Of a stretch of DNA of 56,946 nucleotides, positions 9,275-19,604 are shown piece by piece. The translations under genes and the position numbers were made by a program. Every line of letters starts with the position of its first letter. Position 1 is the stretch's first letter. The notes under the pieces were generated by a model. That model made no database searches. It was not told the DNA's origin and worked only from the letters and a program-made list of their open reading frames with translations. The stretch lies in the sequence record SRR20825019_2015. One strand, written 5' to 3'.

Positions 9275-9607
9275 ATGAGTAATTACAATATCAATAAAGG
9301 TGTTGGGAGAACGGCAGAGTTTAAAGGGCTTAAATCCCAATACCTGTTCATCTTCGCCGGGGGCTTGCTTAGCGTGCTTATCCTTGTCATGATTATGTAC
9401 ATGGCGAGCGTAAGCTCTTATGTGTGCCTGTTTATAGGAATCGGTGGAGCATCGCTCATCGTATGGCAAACATTCGCACTTAATGGCAAGTATGGCGAAC
9501 ATGGGCTCATGAAGCTTGGTGCCAAGAAAAGGCATCCGAAGTACATCATCTGTCGCAAAGCCGTACACCGATACTTAAAGTCCACCTCAAAATCCCGTCC
9601 CTTATGA
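9275..9607 (+). CDS. traF: TraF (DUF4133), VirB3-like
   Basis: YNINKGVGRTAEFKGLKSQYLFIFAGGLL…KYGEHGLMK; start set at ATG 9275. Confidence 0.9.
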   Translation: MSNYNINKGVGRTAEFKGLKSQYLFIFAGGLLSVLILVMIMYMASVSSYVCLFIGIGGASLIVWQTFALNGKYGEHGLMKLGAKKRHPKYIICRKAVHRYLKSTSKSRPL

Positions 9608-12111
9608 GAAACACAGGAAGAGCCACAACGCTTGAAAGCAAGTTTCCATTACTGGCGGTGGAACACCACTGCATCCTTTCAAAGGATGCGGACATTACGG
9701 CTTGCTTCCGGGTACATCTGCCGGAACTGTTTACGGTGGCATCGGTGGAGTACGATGCTATTCATTCAGCATGGCACAAGGCGATCAAGACCCTGCCGGA
9801 CTATTGTATTGTCCACAAACAGGATTGGCACATCAGGGAAAGTTATACCCCGGATATGGCACAGGATGACCAGAGCTTTTTGTCGAAATCCTACCAACGG
9901 CATTTCAATGAACGTCCTTTTCTAAATCACTATTGCTATTTGTTCCTGACAAAAACAACCAAAGAGCGGTTGCGAATGCAGAGCAATTTCTCATCGCTTT
10001 GCAAAGGAGTGTTGATCCCAAAGGAAATCAGGGATAGGGAAACGGTGCACAACTTTATGGAATCGGTGGCGCAGTTTGAGCGCATCATCAATGACAGCGG
10101 TTTTGTTAAGCTGGAACGCCTCACGGAAGATGACATCATCGGAACAGGAGACCAACAGGGACTATTGGAACAATACCTGACTTTATCGCGGGATGCCAAC
10201 ATGCCCATGCAGGATATCGCCCTCGGTGCGGAAGATGTGCGTATCGGTAACAAAAGGCTGTGCCTGCACACCCTGTCCGATACGGACGACCTGCCCGGAA
10301 CGGTATCGGCAAATATCCGTTACGAAAAACTGTCCACCGACCGCAGTGATTGCCTGTTGTCCTTTGCTGCCCCGGTAGGGTTGCTATTAAGCTGCAACCA
10401 CATTTACAACCAGTATCTGTTTTTGGACAACAGCGATGAAAACCTGCGCAAGTTTGAGAAATCCGCACGGAACATGCACTCGCTGGCAAGGTATAGCCGG
10501 GCGAATCAGATCAACAAAGAGTGGATTGAAAAGTATCTCAATGAAGCGCACAGTTTTGGGCTTTCATCCATACGGGCACACTTCAACGTCATGGCATGGT
10601 CGGATGACCCTCATGAACTGAAGCAATTGAAGAATGATACAGGCAGTGCCCTTGCTCTAATGGAATGCAAACCAAGGCATAACACCGTTGATGTTGCTAC
10701 GCTATATTGGGCGGCAATGCCTGGCAATGCCGGCGACTTTCCGAGTGAAGAAAGTTTTTACACCTTCATGGAACCGGCATTATGCTTTTTCACGGAGGAG
10801 ACCAACTATCAAAGTTCGCCCTCACCGTTCGGAATTAAAATGGCTGACCGATTAACGGGAAAGCCCATCCATTTAGATATTTCCGACCTGCCCATGAAAA
10901 GGGGCATTATCACGAACCGAAACAAGTTCATTCTTGGGCCGTCAGGTTCGGGTAAATCTTTTTTCACCAACCACATGGTACGTCAATACTACGAGCAGGG
11001 CGCACACGTGCTGCTCGTGGATACAGGGAACTCGTATCAGGGTCTGTGTGAATTGGTTAAAGGAAAAACCAAAGGCGAAGACGGGGTATATTTTACCTAT
11101 ACCGAGGACAACCCGATAGCCTTTAACCCTTTCTATACGGACGATGGCGTGTTCGACATCGAGAAGCGGGAAAGTATCAAGACCTTGATACTAACGCTTT
11201 GGAAACGGGATGATGAGCCACCAACCCGTTCGGAAGAAGTAGGGCTGTCCAATGCCGTAAGCGGATATATCGAACGCATCAGGCAAAATGATGAATACCC
11301 CTGTTTCAATGGTTTTTATGAGTATGTAAAAGGCGACTACAAAAAGGTGCTGGAAGAAAAACAGGTACGGGAAAAGGATTTCGACCTTTCCAATTTCCTG
11401 AACGTGCTGGAGCCCTACTATAAAGGTGGAGAGTACGATTACCTGTTAAATTCCGATGAGCAACTTGACCTGCTTTCCAAACGCTTTATCGTCTTTGAAA
11501 TTGATGCCATAAAAGACCACAAAATTCTGTTCCCCATTGTGACCATCATCATAATGGAGGTCTTTATCAATAAGATGCGCAGGTTGAAAGGAGTCCGCAA
11601 GCTCATACTGATTGAAGAAGCGTGGAAGGCCATTGCCAAAGAAGGCATGGCGGAATACATCAAGTATCTCTTTAAAACGGTCAGGAAATTTTTCGGGGAA
11701 GCCATAGTCGTAACCCAGGAAGTGGACGACATTATCCAATCGCCCATTGTCAAGGAAAGTATCATCAACAATTCCGATTGCAAGATCCTTTTGGATCAGC
11801 GCAAGTACATGAACAAGTTCGATGACATCCAGGCGATGCTCGGACTTACGGAAAAGGAAAAATCCCAAATCCTTTCCATCAACATGAACAATGACCCGTC
11901 AAGGCTTTACAAGGAAGTTTGGATTGGCTTAGGTGGTACGCATTCAGCAGTCTATGCCACAGAAGTTTCAATTGAGGAATACCTCGCCTACACCACTGAA
12001 GAAACCGAAAAAATGGAGGTCATGCAACTGGCATCCGAACTGGACGGCAACGTGGAACAGGCCATAAAGCGCATCGCCCTCCAAAGACGGGAAAAAGCAA
12101 ATAATTATTAA
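9604..12111 (+). CDS. traG: TraG conjugation ATPase (VirB4-like)
   Basis: GPSGSGKSF Walker A, IEEAWKAI Walker B, KTVRKFFGEAIVVTQEVDDI. Confidence 0.96.
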   Translation: MRNTGRATTLESKFPLLAVEHHCILSKDADITACFRVHLPELFTVASVEYDAIHSAWHKAIKTLPDYCIVHKQDWHIRESYTPDMAQDDQSFLSKSYQRHFNERPFLNHYCYLFLTKTTKERLRMQSNFSSLCKGVLIPKEIRDRETVHNFMESVAQFERIINDSGFVKLERLTEDDIIGTGDQQGLLEQYLTLSRDANMPMQDIALGAEDVRIGNKRLCLHTLSDTDDLPGTVSANIRYEKLSTDRSDCLLSFAAPVGLLLSCNHIYNQYLFLDNSDENLRKFEKSARNMHSLARYSRANQINKEWIEKYLNEAHSFGLSSIRAHFNVMAWSDDPHELKQLKNDTGSALALMECKPRHNTVDVATLYWAAMPGNAGDFPSEESFYTFMEPALCFFTEETNYQSSPSPFGIKMADRLTGKPIHLDISDLPMKRGIITNRNKFILGPSGSGKSFFTNHMVRQYYEQGAHVLLVDTGNSYQGLCELVKGKTKGEDGVYFTYTEDNPIAFNPFYTDDGVFDIEKRESIKTLILTLWKRDDEPPTRSEEVGLSNAVSGYIERIRQNDEYPCFNGFYEYVKGDYKKVLEEKQVREKDFDLSNFLNVLEPYYKGGEYDYLLNSDEQLDLLSKRFIVFEIDAIKDHKILFPIVTIIIMEVFINKMRRLKGVRKLILIEEAWKAIAKEGMAEYIKYLFKTVRKFFGEAIVVTQEVDDIIQSPIVKESIINNSDCKILLDQRKYMNKFDDIQAMLGLTEKEKSQILSINMNNDPSRLYKEVWIGLGGTHSAVYATEVSIEEYLAYTTEETEKMEVMQLASELDGNVEQAIKRIALQRREKANNY

Positions 12112-12130
12112 TCACAAAAAATTAGAAATT

Positions 12131-12763
12131 ATGAAAAAAACAATGTTACTGGTGTTTACTGTACTTATGCTTGCCGTTGCACCATCCGCTAAGGCACAAT
12201 GGGTCGTGGTTGACCCTTCAAACCTTGCCTCGGGTATTATCAATTCCGCAAACGAGATTGTACAGACCTCGTCCACCGTATCCAACGTGATCAAAAATTT
12301 CAAGGAAGTGGAAAAGGTATATAAACAGGGTAAGGAATATTACGATAAACTCCAAGCCGTAAACAACCTGGTGAAAGATGCCCGCAAGGTTCAACAGACC
12401 GTTTTGCTCGTGGGCGATGTATCCGAAATGTACGTCAATAATTTCGGCAAGATGATGAACGATCCCAATTTTTCGCCACAGGAATTATCGGCAATCGCCA
12501 ACGGGTATTCTGCACTGCTCAATGAAAGTACCGAATTGCTGAAAGAGTTGAAACAGATCATAACCTCGACCTCTCTTTCACTGAACGATAAAGAGCGTAT
12601 GGATATCATCGACAAGGTGTACAACGAGGTCAAGGATTACCACAGTCTTGTGCGCTATTATACCAATAAAAACATTTCAGTCAGCATTTTAAGGGCAAAA
12701 AAGCAGAACAACACCCAAAGGGTATTGGAGCTGTATGGCACTGCTGAACAAAAATACTGGTAG
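12131..12763 (+). CDS. traI: TraI (DUF4141)
   Basis: Signal peptide, AQWVVVDPSNLASGI, SLNDKERMDIID; lies between traG and traJ. Confidence 0.88.
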   Translation: MKKTMLLVFTVLMLAVAPSAKAQWVVVDPSNLASGIINSANEIVQTSSTVSNVIKNFKEVEKVYKQGKEYYDKLQAVNNLVKDARKVQQTVLLVGDVSEMYVNNFGKMMNDPNFSPQELSAIANGYSALLNESTELLKELKQIITSTSLSLNDKERMDIIDKVYNEVKDYHSLVRYYTNKNISVSILRAKKQNNTQRVLELYGTAEQKYW

Positions 12764-12768
12764 GAGCT

Positions 12769-13764
12769 ATGGAATGGGATAATCTTCATGAACTCCTGCG
12801 TTCGCTGTACGATGAAATGATCCTTATGTCTGCGGATATGGCAGCAGTGGCCAAAGGTATTGCCGGATTGGGAGCTCTGTTCTATGTTGCCCTAAAGGTA
12901 TGGCAGGCACTCAGCCGGGCAGAACCGATTGATGTGTTCCCGCTCTTACGGCCTTTTGCCATCGGGCTTTGCATTATATTTTTCCCAACCATCGTATTGG
13001 GAACCGTCAATGCGGTATTAAGGCCGGTGGTACAGGGCACCCACGGGATGCTCGAAAATGAGGTACTTGACCTGAACCAGTTACAGGCACAGAAAGACCA
13101 GTTGGAAAGGGAAGCCATGCTCCGCAATCCCGAAACAGCCTACTTGGTAAGCGATGAGAAATTTGACAAGAAACTGGACGAATTGGGATGGTCACCCTCT
13201 GATCTGGCCACAATGTCAGCGATGTACCTTGGCAGGCAAAGCTATAAGATAGAGAAAGCGATAAAGGAATGGTTCCGCAATCTGTTGGAAATCCTTTTTC
13301 AGGCTGCGGCACTCGTCATAGACACGATACGGACCTTCTTTCTTATTGTACTGTCCATCTTGGGGCCGATAGCATTTGCGATAAGTGTTTGGGATGGTTT
13401 CCAATCCACGCTTACGCAATGGCTCACCCGGTACATCAGTGTGTACCTGTGGCTGCCCATTGCCGATATGTTCAGTTCCATGCTCGCCAAGATACAATCC
13501 CTGATTATCGAAAGGGATATTGAGATGCTCTCAGACCCGACTTTCATTCCCGATACTTCCAATACCGTGTACATCATTTTTATGATTATCGGCATCGTAG
13601 GCTACTTCACCATCCCCACTGTAGCAGGCTGGGTTATCCAGGCCGGAGGTGGAGGAAACTTCATGCGCAATGTGAACCAGACAGCCTCTAAAACAGGGAA
13701 TATCGCAGGAGCCGGAACGGGAGCTACTGTGGGCAACATCGGAGGAAAATTAATGAACAAATAA
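12769..13764 (+). CDS. traJ: TraJ (VirB6-like membrane protein)
   Basis: GIAGLGALFYVA…AEPIDVFPLLRPF…WLTRYISVYLWLP…PTVAGWVIQAGG. Confidence 0.93.
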   Translation: MEWDNLHELLRSLYDEMILMSADMAAVAKGIAGLGALFYVALKVWQALSRAEPIDVFPLLRPFAIGLCIIFFPTIVLGTVNAVLRPVVQGTHGMLENEVLDLNQLQAQKDQLEREAMLRNPETAYLVSDEKFDKKLDELGWSPSDLATMSAMYLGRQSYKIEKAIKEWFRNLLEILFQAAALVIDTIRTFFLIVLSILGPIAFAISVWDGFQSTLTQWLTRYISVYLWLPIADMFSSMLAKIQSLIIERDIEMLSDPTFIPDTSNTVYIIFMIIGIVGYFTIPTVAGWVIQAGGGGNFMRNVNQTASKTGNIAGAGTGATVGNIGGKLMNK

Positions 13765-13776
13765 ACATTGGTAGAA

Positions 13777-14400
13777 ATGGAATTTAAGACTTTAAGAAAT
13801 ATTGAAAACAGTTTCAGGCAAATACGGCTGTATGCCATCGTATTTGCCGTACTCTGCACCAGCGTGGTAGGATATGCCGTATGGCAATCCTACCACTTTG
13901 CAGAATTGCAACGGCAAAAGATTTATGTTTTGGACAATGGCAAGTCGTTGATGTTGGCACTTTCACAGGATGCGAGCATTAACCGTCCTGTGGAAGCCCG
14001 TGAACACGTAAGGCGTTTCCATGAACTGTTCTTTACACTGGCCCCGGACAAGCGTGCCATCGAGAGCAATATGAAACGGGCATTCAACCTTGCCGACAAA
14101 AGTGTATTCGACTATTACAAAGACCTTTCGGAAAAGGGGTACTACAACCGCATAATATCAGGCAATGTACAGCAACGCATCGAAGTGGACAGTGTGGTCT
14201 GCAACTTCAACACCTATCCCTATGCCGTCAGGACGTATGCCAAGCAATATATCATCCGTTCGAGCAATTTGACAAGACGGAGCCTGGTCACATCCTGCTA
14301 TCTCGTGAATTCCGTCCGCTCGGACAACAATCCACAGGGCTTTAATATCGAGAAGTTCAGCGTACTGGAAAACAAAGACGTGGAAGTTATAGAACGCTAA
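13777..14400 (+). CDS. traK: TraK (VirB8-like)
   Basis: MEFKTLRNIENSFRQIR…EAREHVRRFHELFFTLAPD…RSDNNPQGF. Confidence 0.94.
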   Translation: MEFKTLRNIENSFRQIRLYAIVFAVLCTSVVGYAVWQSYHFAELQRQKIYVLDNGKSLMLALSQDASINRPVEAREHVRRFHELFFTLAPDKRAIESNMKRAFNLADKSVFDYYKDLSEKGYYNRIISGNVQQRIEVDSVVCNFNTYPYAVRTYAKQYIIRSSNLTRRSLVTSCYLVNSVRSDNNPQGFNIEKFSVLENKDVEVIER

Positions 14401-14409
14401 ATCAATATC

Positions 14410-14838
14410 ATGGAAGCACTATCAGATTTGAGCACATTTACACAAACCCTAACCGCAAAGGGGTATAACGGCTATTTCCATACCCAGGGTGCGTATGCAG
14501 GAAAGCTGAAGGAAAGCATCAGTGAGTACCTCGAAAACTGCCGAAACGGTACGGAGGGGGAACCAAAGCCGGAGTTGTTACTCACGGGCTATCTGCAATG
14601 GGCAGGTGAAGACAAACCCCGTGTGGAATGTACCCTTTGGGTAAAACACCTGAACGGAAAATTCTTCCTGGACAAAATGGAAATAGCAAGGAAAGACCGC
14701 TTCGGGCAATTGCTGAAACAATCCAAGCTGACCGACCTTTCCGTGATGACTATACCCAGTGCAATGGAGGCAATCGCTATGGTAAAAGATACCCCAAAAC
14801 AAAAAGCTGTTCAAAGCAGCAGGCGTTTCAAGCTGTAA
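14410..14838 (+). CDS. Hypothetical protein inside tra operon
   Basis: 142-aa ORF, 9 nt after traK, same strand; no motif recognised. Confidence 0.75.
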   Translation: MEALSDLSTFTQTLTAKGYNGYFHTQGAYAGKLKESISEYLENCRNGTEGEPKPELLLTGYLQWAGEDKPRVECTLWVKHLNGKFFLDKMEIARKDRFGQLLKQSKLTDLSVMTIPSAMEAIAMVKDTPKQKAVQSSRRFKL

Positions 14839-14859
14839 TAACGGATAAAACATTGAAGC

Positions 14860-15132
14860 ATGAAAAATCCAAGAAAAAGGATAAGCGATTGGTTGGACAA
14901 GCTGGACGGGCAGTGGCAGGCGATGCCTGTTAAAAGGCAGCACCGCTATGCACTGCTGTTCTTTGCGGGCTATGCGCTATTGTCCATTATCGTGATAACC
15001 GAAGTCTGTTATGAAGTGGGCAAACCCAATAATGGAATGACGATAGAACATATCGAAAACCCGGTTATCCAACAAAGAAAGTCCCCGGTAATAACGCAGG
15101 ACAGCATTTCAGAAATCATTAAACACAAATAA
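14860..15132 (+). CDS. traL: TraL-like small membrane protein
   Basis: Single TM segment, IEHI motif, immediately upstream of traM. Confidence 0.7.
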   Translation: MKNPRKRISDWLDKLDGQWQAMPVKRQHRYALLFFAGYALLSIIVITEVCYEVGKPNNGMTIEHIENPVIQQRKSPVITQDSISEIIKHK

Positions 15133-15133
15133 T

Positions 15134-16450
15134 ATGAAAGATAACAAAAACAAGAGAGCGAGTTTTCTGGTCGAAAGTGACGGGCAGAAAAGCGGAACGG
15201 AGGCACCGAATGACGGTGCGCAGCATAAGGCTGAAAGGCTGAAAAAGCCTATCATTTTTGTCCTTATGGGCGTGGTGTTTCTCGGCTGTATGTATTTAAT
15301 CTTTAAACCATCATCCGAAGAAAACGAAGTCGAAGATTTTGGTCTGAACGATGTCGTACCACAGGCAACCGACGAAGGGCTTCAGTCCGACAAGCAAAAG
15401 GCATACGAGCAAGAGATGATGAAGCAGAAAATGGAAGAAAAACGCAGCTCCCTGATGTCCTTGTCGGACTACTGGAACACGGAAAGTACTACTGATGAAG
15501 AAACAGGACAAACGGAAGAGGACAACGGGGATGAATACAAAGGCGGTTCACGTAAAGGGGGCAATCCGGCATTGAACAGTTACCGCAATGCGCAAAGTAC
15601 CCTGACTTCTTTTTACGATAACAGCGATTACGAAACCCAGGAGCTCCGCAAACAAGTCGAGGAACTCAAAGAGCAACTGGCTGAAAAGGATGTACCGCCA
15701 AATACGACCGTTGAGGATCAGTTGGCATTGATGGAGAAATCCTATGAAATGGCATCCCGTTACATGCCATCCAGCCAAACGCAGACGCATGAAGCGGACA
15801 CGCAGGTTTCGGCAAAGGGCAACCAAAGGGAATACTTTGTGGCATTCACGCCTGCAAGGAAAAATGCCGTGTCTTCCCTCTATCGGGAGCCATCAGACAG
15901 TGCTTTCCTTGCAAACTGGAGCGAAACCCGCAACAGGGGATTTTATACGGCCGGTGTTTCGCAGCAGGTAATACAGCCCAAAAACAGCATCCGGGCGGTG
16001 GTGCAGGAAACACAGATCGTAACGGGAGAAAGCGGGGTACGATTGCGCTTACTGGAAACGGCACAAACACCCAACCATACCATTCCGGCAGGAACGGTAG
16101 TAATGGCAAATGCCAAGTTTGCAAGCGGCAGGCTGCAACTAAGGGTAACATCCATCGAACTGGAAGGAAATATTATCCCTGTGGATATATCGGTGTACGA
16201 TCTGGACGGACAGCAAGGACTGTACGTACCATACTCGCCTGAAATGAACGCCCTTACTGAAATGGCCGGCAATATGAGCCAGACTTCCGGAACAAGCGTA
16301 ATGCTCACGCAATCAGCAGGGCAGCAGGTTGCCGCAGACCTTAGCCGTGGCGTGGTACAGGGTATTTCGGGCTACTTCTCCAAGAAAGTGAGGACACCGA
16401 AAGTTACCGTCAAAGCTGGTCACAGGCTGCTCCTTGTTTCAAAAAATTAA
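15134..16450 (+). CDS. traM: TraM (VirB10-like)
   Basis: N-terminal TM, coiled coil, VRLRLLE…YDLDGQQGLYVP…SKKVRTPKVTVKAG. Confidence 0.94.
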   Translation: MKDNKNKRASFLVESDGQKSGTEAPNDGAQHKAERLKKPIIFVLMGVVFLGCMYLIFKPSSEENEVEDFGLNDVVPQATDEGLQSDKQKAYEQEMMKQKMEEKRSSLMSLSDYWNTESTTDEETGQTEEDNGDEYKGGSRKGGNPALNSYRNAQSTLTSFYDNSDYETQELRKQVEELKEQLAEKDVPPNTTVEDQLALMEKSYEMASRYMPSSQTQTHEADTQVSAKGNQREYFVAFTPARKNAVSSLYREPSDSAFLANWSETRNRGFYTAGVSQQVIQPKNSIRAVVQETQIVTGESGVRLRLLETAQTPNHTIPAGTVVMANAKFASGRLQLRVTSIELEGNIIPVDISVYDLDGQQGLYVPYSPEMNALTEMAGNMSQTSGTSVMLTQSAGQQVAADLSRGVVQGISGYFSKKVRTPKVTVKAGHRLLLVSKN

Positions 16451-16479
16451 ATGTTCAATACTGAAAAACAGAATCAAAA

Positions 16480-17382
16480 ATGAAAACAATATTTAAAATC
16501 CTATTGGCAATAGTTGGCTTAATGGTCCTCCATGCCAACACCTATGCACAACAACTTGCATCCCATACCACCAAACTGGATATGGGCAAAATAGCGCCTT
16601 ATGAAATGCAGGTAACGTATAACAAAACCTCACACCTGATATTTCCGTCCGCCATCCGTTATGTGGATCTGGGCAGTGAGTACCTGATTGCGGGCAAGGC
16701 AGAAGACGCAGAAAACGTACTGCGTATCAAAGCTACCGTGAAGGACTTTGAGGGAGAAACCAATTTTTCGGTGATTACCGATGACGGCAGGTTTTACAAC
16801 TTCAATGTGTATTACAGTGCCCATCCCAATTCGATGAACTATGACCTGCTCAATATGCAAAAGGCTTTGGACAGGGAAAGTGGTAACGATGTGCTATTTG
16901 AGGAACTGGGCAGCAGTTCACCGTCATTGGCAGGATTGCTTATGGAAACCATCTACAAAAGGAATAAAAGGTATATCAAACATATCGGGGCAAAAAGCTA
17001 CGGGATCCAATTCCTGCTCAAAGGGATCTATGTCCACAATGGCAAATTCTATTTCCATACCGAAGTAAGGAATAAGGGCAATGTCCCTTTCCAAATCGAC
17101 TTTGTGAATTTCAAGGTCGTGGACAAAAAAGTGGCCAAGCGCACCGTGGTACAGGAAAAACCGATGACCCTGTTGCGCATGTACAAACCGCTTACCGGAA
17201 TTGAGGGGAATACCACCGACCAGAACGTGTTCCTGCTCGACCAGTTTACCATGACTGATGACAAGATACTCGTTATCGAAATCTTTGAGAAAAATGGTGG
17301 CAGACAGCAAATATTGCAGGTGGAAAACTCCGATCTGGTTCATGCCAGACCCATCAAGGAGATGCACCTAAAGATTAATTAA
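16480..17382 (+). CDS. traN: TraN (VirB9-like)
   Basis: VTYNKTSHLIFPSAIRYVDLGS…ETNFSVIT…EKNGGRQQ. Confidence 0.94.
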   Translation: MKTIFKILLAIVGLMVLHANTYAQQLASHTTKLDMGKIAPYEMQVTYNKTSHLIFPSAIRYVDLGSEYLIAGKAEDAENVLRIKATVKDFEGETNFSVITDDGRFYNFNVYYSAHPNSMNYDLLNMQKALDRESGNDVLFEELGSSSPSLAGLLMETIYKRNKRYIKHIGAKSYGIQFLLKGIYVHNGKFYFHTEVRNKGNVPFQIDFVNFKVVDKKVAKRTVVQEKPMTLLRMYKPLTGIEGNTTDQNVFLLDQFTMTDDKILVIEIFEKNGGRQQILQVENSDLVHARPIKEMHLKIN

Positions 17383-17399
17383 CCCAAAAGGAGACGACA

Positions 17400-17957
17400 A
17401 TGATAAAATACATTTTTGCCGTAGTACTTGCCATGTTAAGTATGACGGCACTACAGGCGCAACGTATGCTTCCGGGACAAAAAGGTCTGGAAATAAATGC
17501 GGGTATGTTGTCCAAAGAAGTCAGCGATAATTATTACCTGAACCTGACCCTTACCGTAAATGGGAAGAACGGTAATTACTGGATATGGGCAGCGGAATAT
17601 ACCCATCAATTTACTGATTACAGGGAGTTGGAAATACCATTGGAAGCCTATACGGGTGAAGTGGGATACAGTCTTCAGTTGTTGGGCGATGCGCGAAAGA
17701 CCATTACTTTAAATGCAGGGGTTACCGCCCTTGCCGGTTACGAAACCATTAACCGTAATGAGGCAATCCTGTATGATGGGGCAATCATCCTGAACGAAGA
17801 TAATTTCATTTACGGCATAGGTGGTCAGCTTTCATTGGAGACCTACCTGTCCGACCGGGTTGTGCTGCTTTTGAAAGGACGTACCAAAGTGTTTTGGGGT
17901 ACGGATTTAAAACAGTTCCGTCCATCGGCAGGGATCGGATTAAGGTTTAACTTTTAA
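17400..17957 (+). CDS. traO: TraO outer-membrane protein
   Basis: AQRMLPGQKGLE…ALAGYETIN…LETYLSDR, C-terminal Phe. Confidence 0.9.
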   Translation: MIKYIFAVVLAMLSMTALQAQRMLPGQKGLEINAGMLSKEVSDNYYLNLTLTVNGKNGNYWIWAAEYTHQFTDYRELEIPLEAYTGEVGYSLQLLGDARKTITLNAGVTALAGYETINRNEAILYDGAIILNEDNFIYGIGGQLSLETYLSDRVVLLLKGRTKVFWGTDLKQFRPSAGIGLRFNF

Positions 17958-17968
17958 AAAGAACAACA

Positions 17969-18403
17969 ATGAAACGATTATTGAATAAAAGCAGATTGAT
18001 ATGGTTGGTTATCCTGGCCTTTACAAGTGCGGTGGTATTATTCTCTTGTGATAAGGAAGAGTTGGAAATACAACAGAACTACCCGTTTGAGGTCAGGGTG
18101 ATGCCCGTTCCCGGAGAGGTAGCCAGTGGTCAGACCGTTGAAATAAGGATGACGATAGAGCGAGACGGGAATTTCAACGATACGGAATACTTTATCCGTT
18201 ATTTCCAGTTTGACGGTCAAGGCACGTTACAGTATTTCAGTGAACCACCATACCTGCCCAATGACCTTTATCAGCTACCGGCTACACAGTTCAGGCTGTA
18301 CTACACTTCACAGTCCACCGTAACGCAGTCGTTTGACGTATGGGTTTCGGACAACTTCGGAAATGAACGGCAAGTGAGTTTTCAGTTTAACAATGGCGAA
18401 TGA
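17969..18403 (+). CDS. traQ: TraQ lipoprotein (DUF3872)
   Basis: Lipobox LFSC, QQNYPFEVRVMPVP, YFIRYFQFDGQG, FRLYYTS. Confidence 0.9.
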   Translation: MKRLLNKSRLIWLVILAFTSAVVLFSCDKEELEIQQNYPFEVRVMPVPGEVASGQTVEIRMTIERDGNFNDTEYFIRYFQFDGQGTLQYFSEPPYLPNDLYQLPATQFRLYYTSQSTVTQSFDVWVSDNFGNERQVSFQFNNGE

Positions 18404-18408
18404 TGGTT

Positions 18409-18439
18409 AAAAATCCTGTCCTGTGGGGCAGGATTTTTT
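18409..18439 (+). terminator. Terminator ending the tra operon (possibly bidirectional)
   Basis: AAAAATCCTGTCC-TGT-GGGGCAGGATTTTT. Confidence 0.8.
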
Positions 18440-18523
18440 AATTCTGCCCATGTTTTATTTCGTTATAGAACAAAAAAATACATTTCGTAAATTTAAAGCT
18501 TTGAAATGTAGCACGCTATCGTC

Positions 18524-18796
18524 ATGATGTCATCGTTGGTCATAGGTATCATATTTTTGGTTTTGGGCTTGGGCCTGCGTTATTGGATTAACCGCCGGAA
18601 GTTTTACAGGCGGAGCCCCACCGGTGCCGAGGGCTTTTCAAGCTATGAAAAATCGGTTGCCACCAGATTTTTTGAACGGACCGGTAAATGGGTAGCCTAC
18701 GCCTTGATTATTTTCGGGCTTTTGTCGTTGTGGGTCTATTCCAAGGAGAAAAAAGAAGTGGCATCCCAAAATACGGAGGTGCAAAATCCTCAATAA
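18524..18796 (+). CDS. Small two-TM membrane protein
   Basis: Two hydrophobic segments flanking RYWINRRKFYRRSPTGAEGFSSYE. Confidence 0.75.
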   Translation: MMSSLVIGIIFLVLGLGLRYWINRRKFYRRSPTGAEGFSSYEKSVATRFFERTGKWVAYALIIFGLLSLWVYSKEKKEVASQNTEVQNPQ

Positions 18797-18951
18797 GCAA
18801 CAATATAATTATATGTAGCGGCGCGGGTCTTTACGACCGTTCCTTTTGTGCCAAACCATGCCTCCCAAGGCCAAACACTCTCTTAATCTGCATATCCCCC
18901 AAACCCTTTCCTAATTTCCATTTCACCCAAGAAAAAAAGAGGAAAGGAATT

Positions 18952-19242
18952 ATGGAAGTGATAGCAATACCCAAGTCGGTTCTCAAAGAACTGTCCACAG
19001 AACTGGATGAACTTTTACGGCTTACTACCGATGTAAGCGAAACCTATACAGCCATCTTCAACAAAGAAAGATGGCTCGACAATCAGGAAGTATGCCTGAT
19101 GCTCGGTATCAGCAAACGCACATTGCAGTCTTATAAAAATAAAGGGCTTTTGCCTTATTCCAAACTAAACCGAAAAAACTATTACAAATTTTCGGACGTA
19201 CAGCGTTTACTTGCTTCGGATACCTCTCCCCAAAATAAATGA
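18952..19242 (+). CDS. Excisionase-like helix-turn-helix protein (HTH_17)
   Basis: WLDNQEVCLMLGISKRTLQSYKNKGLLPYSK; start set at ATG 18952. Confidence 0.88.
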   Translation: MEVIAIPKSVLKELSTELDELLRLTTDVSETYTAIFNKERWLDNQEVCLMLGISKRTLQSYKNKGLLPYSKLNRKNYYKFSDVQRLLASDTSPQNK

Positions 19243-19553
19243 GCATGGAATTTTTTGATAACGATGCCGAAGAAATAGCTTACTACAAGAAGAAGCTCGA
19301 TGAACTCCGTACCCGGATAGAATTGATACTGGAGCATTTCCGTCCCGTAATGAACGGTGATATTTACCTGTCAGGCGAAGACGTGTGCCGTTTGCTACAT
19401 ATCAGCAAACGCACCTTGCAACAATATCGGGACGATAACATCCTGCCCTATGTGCAGATTGGGGGCAAAATCATATTCCGGCAATCGGACATACTGCATG
19501 TATTGGAAGATAATTATGTAGCTAGGTCACAAGAACAAAGGACAAATGAGTGA
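19239..19553 (+). CDS. Second excisionase-like HTH_17 protein
   Basis: YLSGEDVCRLLHISKRTLQQYRDDNILPYVQIGGKI; ATGA overlap with the previous gene. Confidence 0.88.
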   Translation: MSMEFFDNDAEEIAYYKKKLDELRTRIELILEHFRPVMNGDIYLSGEDVCRLLHISKRTLQQYRDDNILPYVQIGGKIIFRQSDILHVLEDNYVARSQEQRTNE

Positions 19554-19584
19554 TTGTGTAAGATGATTAACATCGCTATCTTTG
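19554..19584 (+). promoter_or_regulatory. Bacteroidota housekeeping promoter
   Basis: TTG (19554-19556), 20-nt spacer, TATCTTTG (19577-19584) matching -33 TTG / -7 TAnnTTTG. Confidence 0.7.
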
Positions 19585-19604
19585 TACCTGAAAATATTAG
19601 AAAA

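Noticed and set aside
18688-18951. N-terminal extension of the first HTH ORF
   Set aside because: Overlaps the previous gene and the regulatory region; ATG 18952 gives a normal-sized protein.
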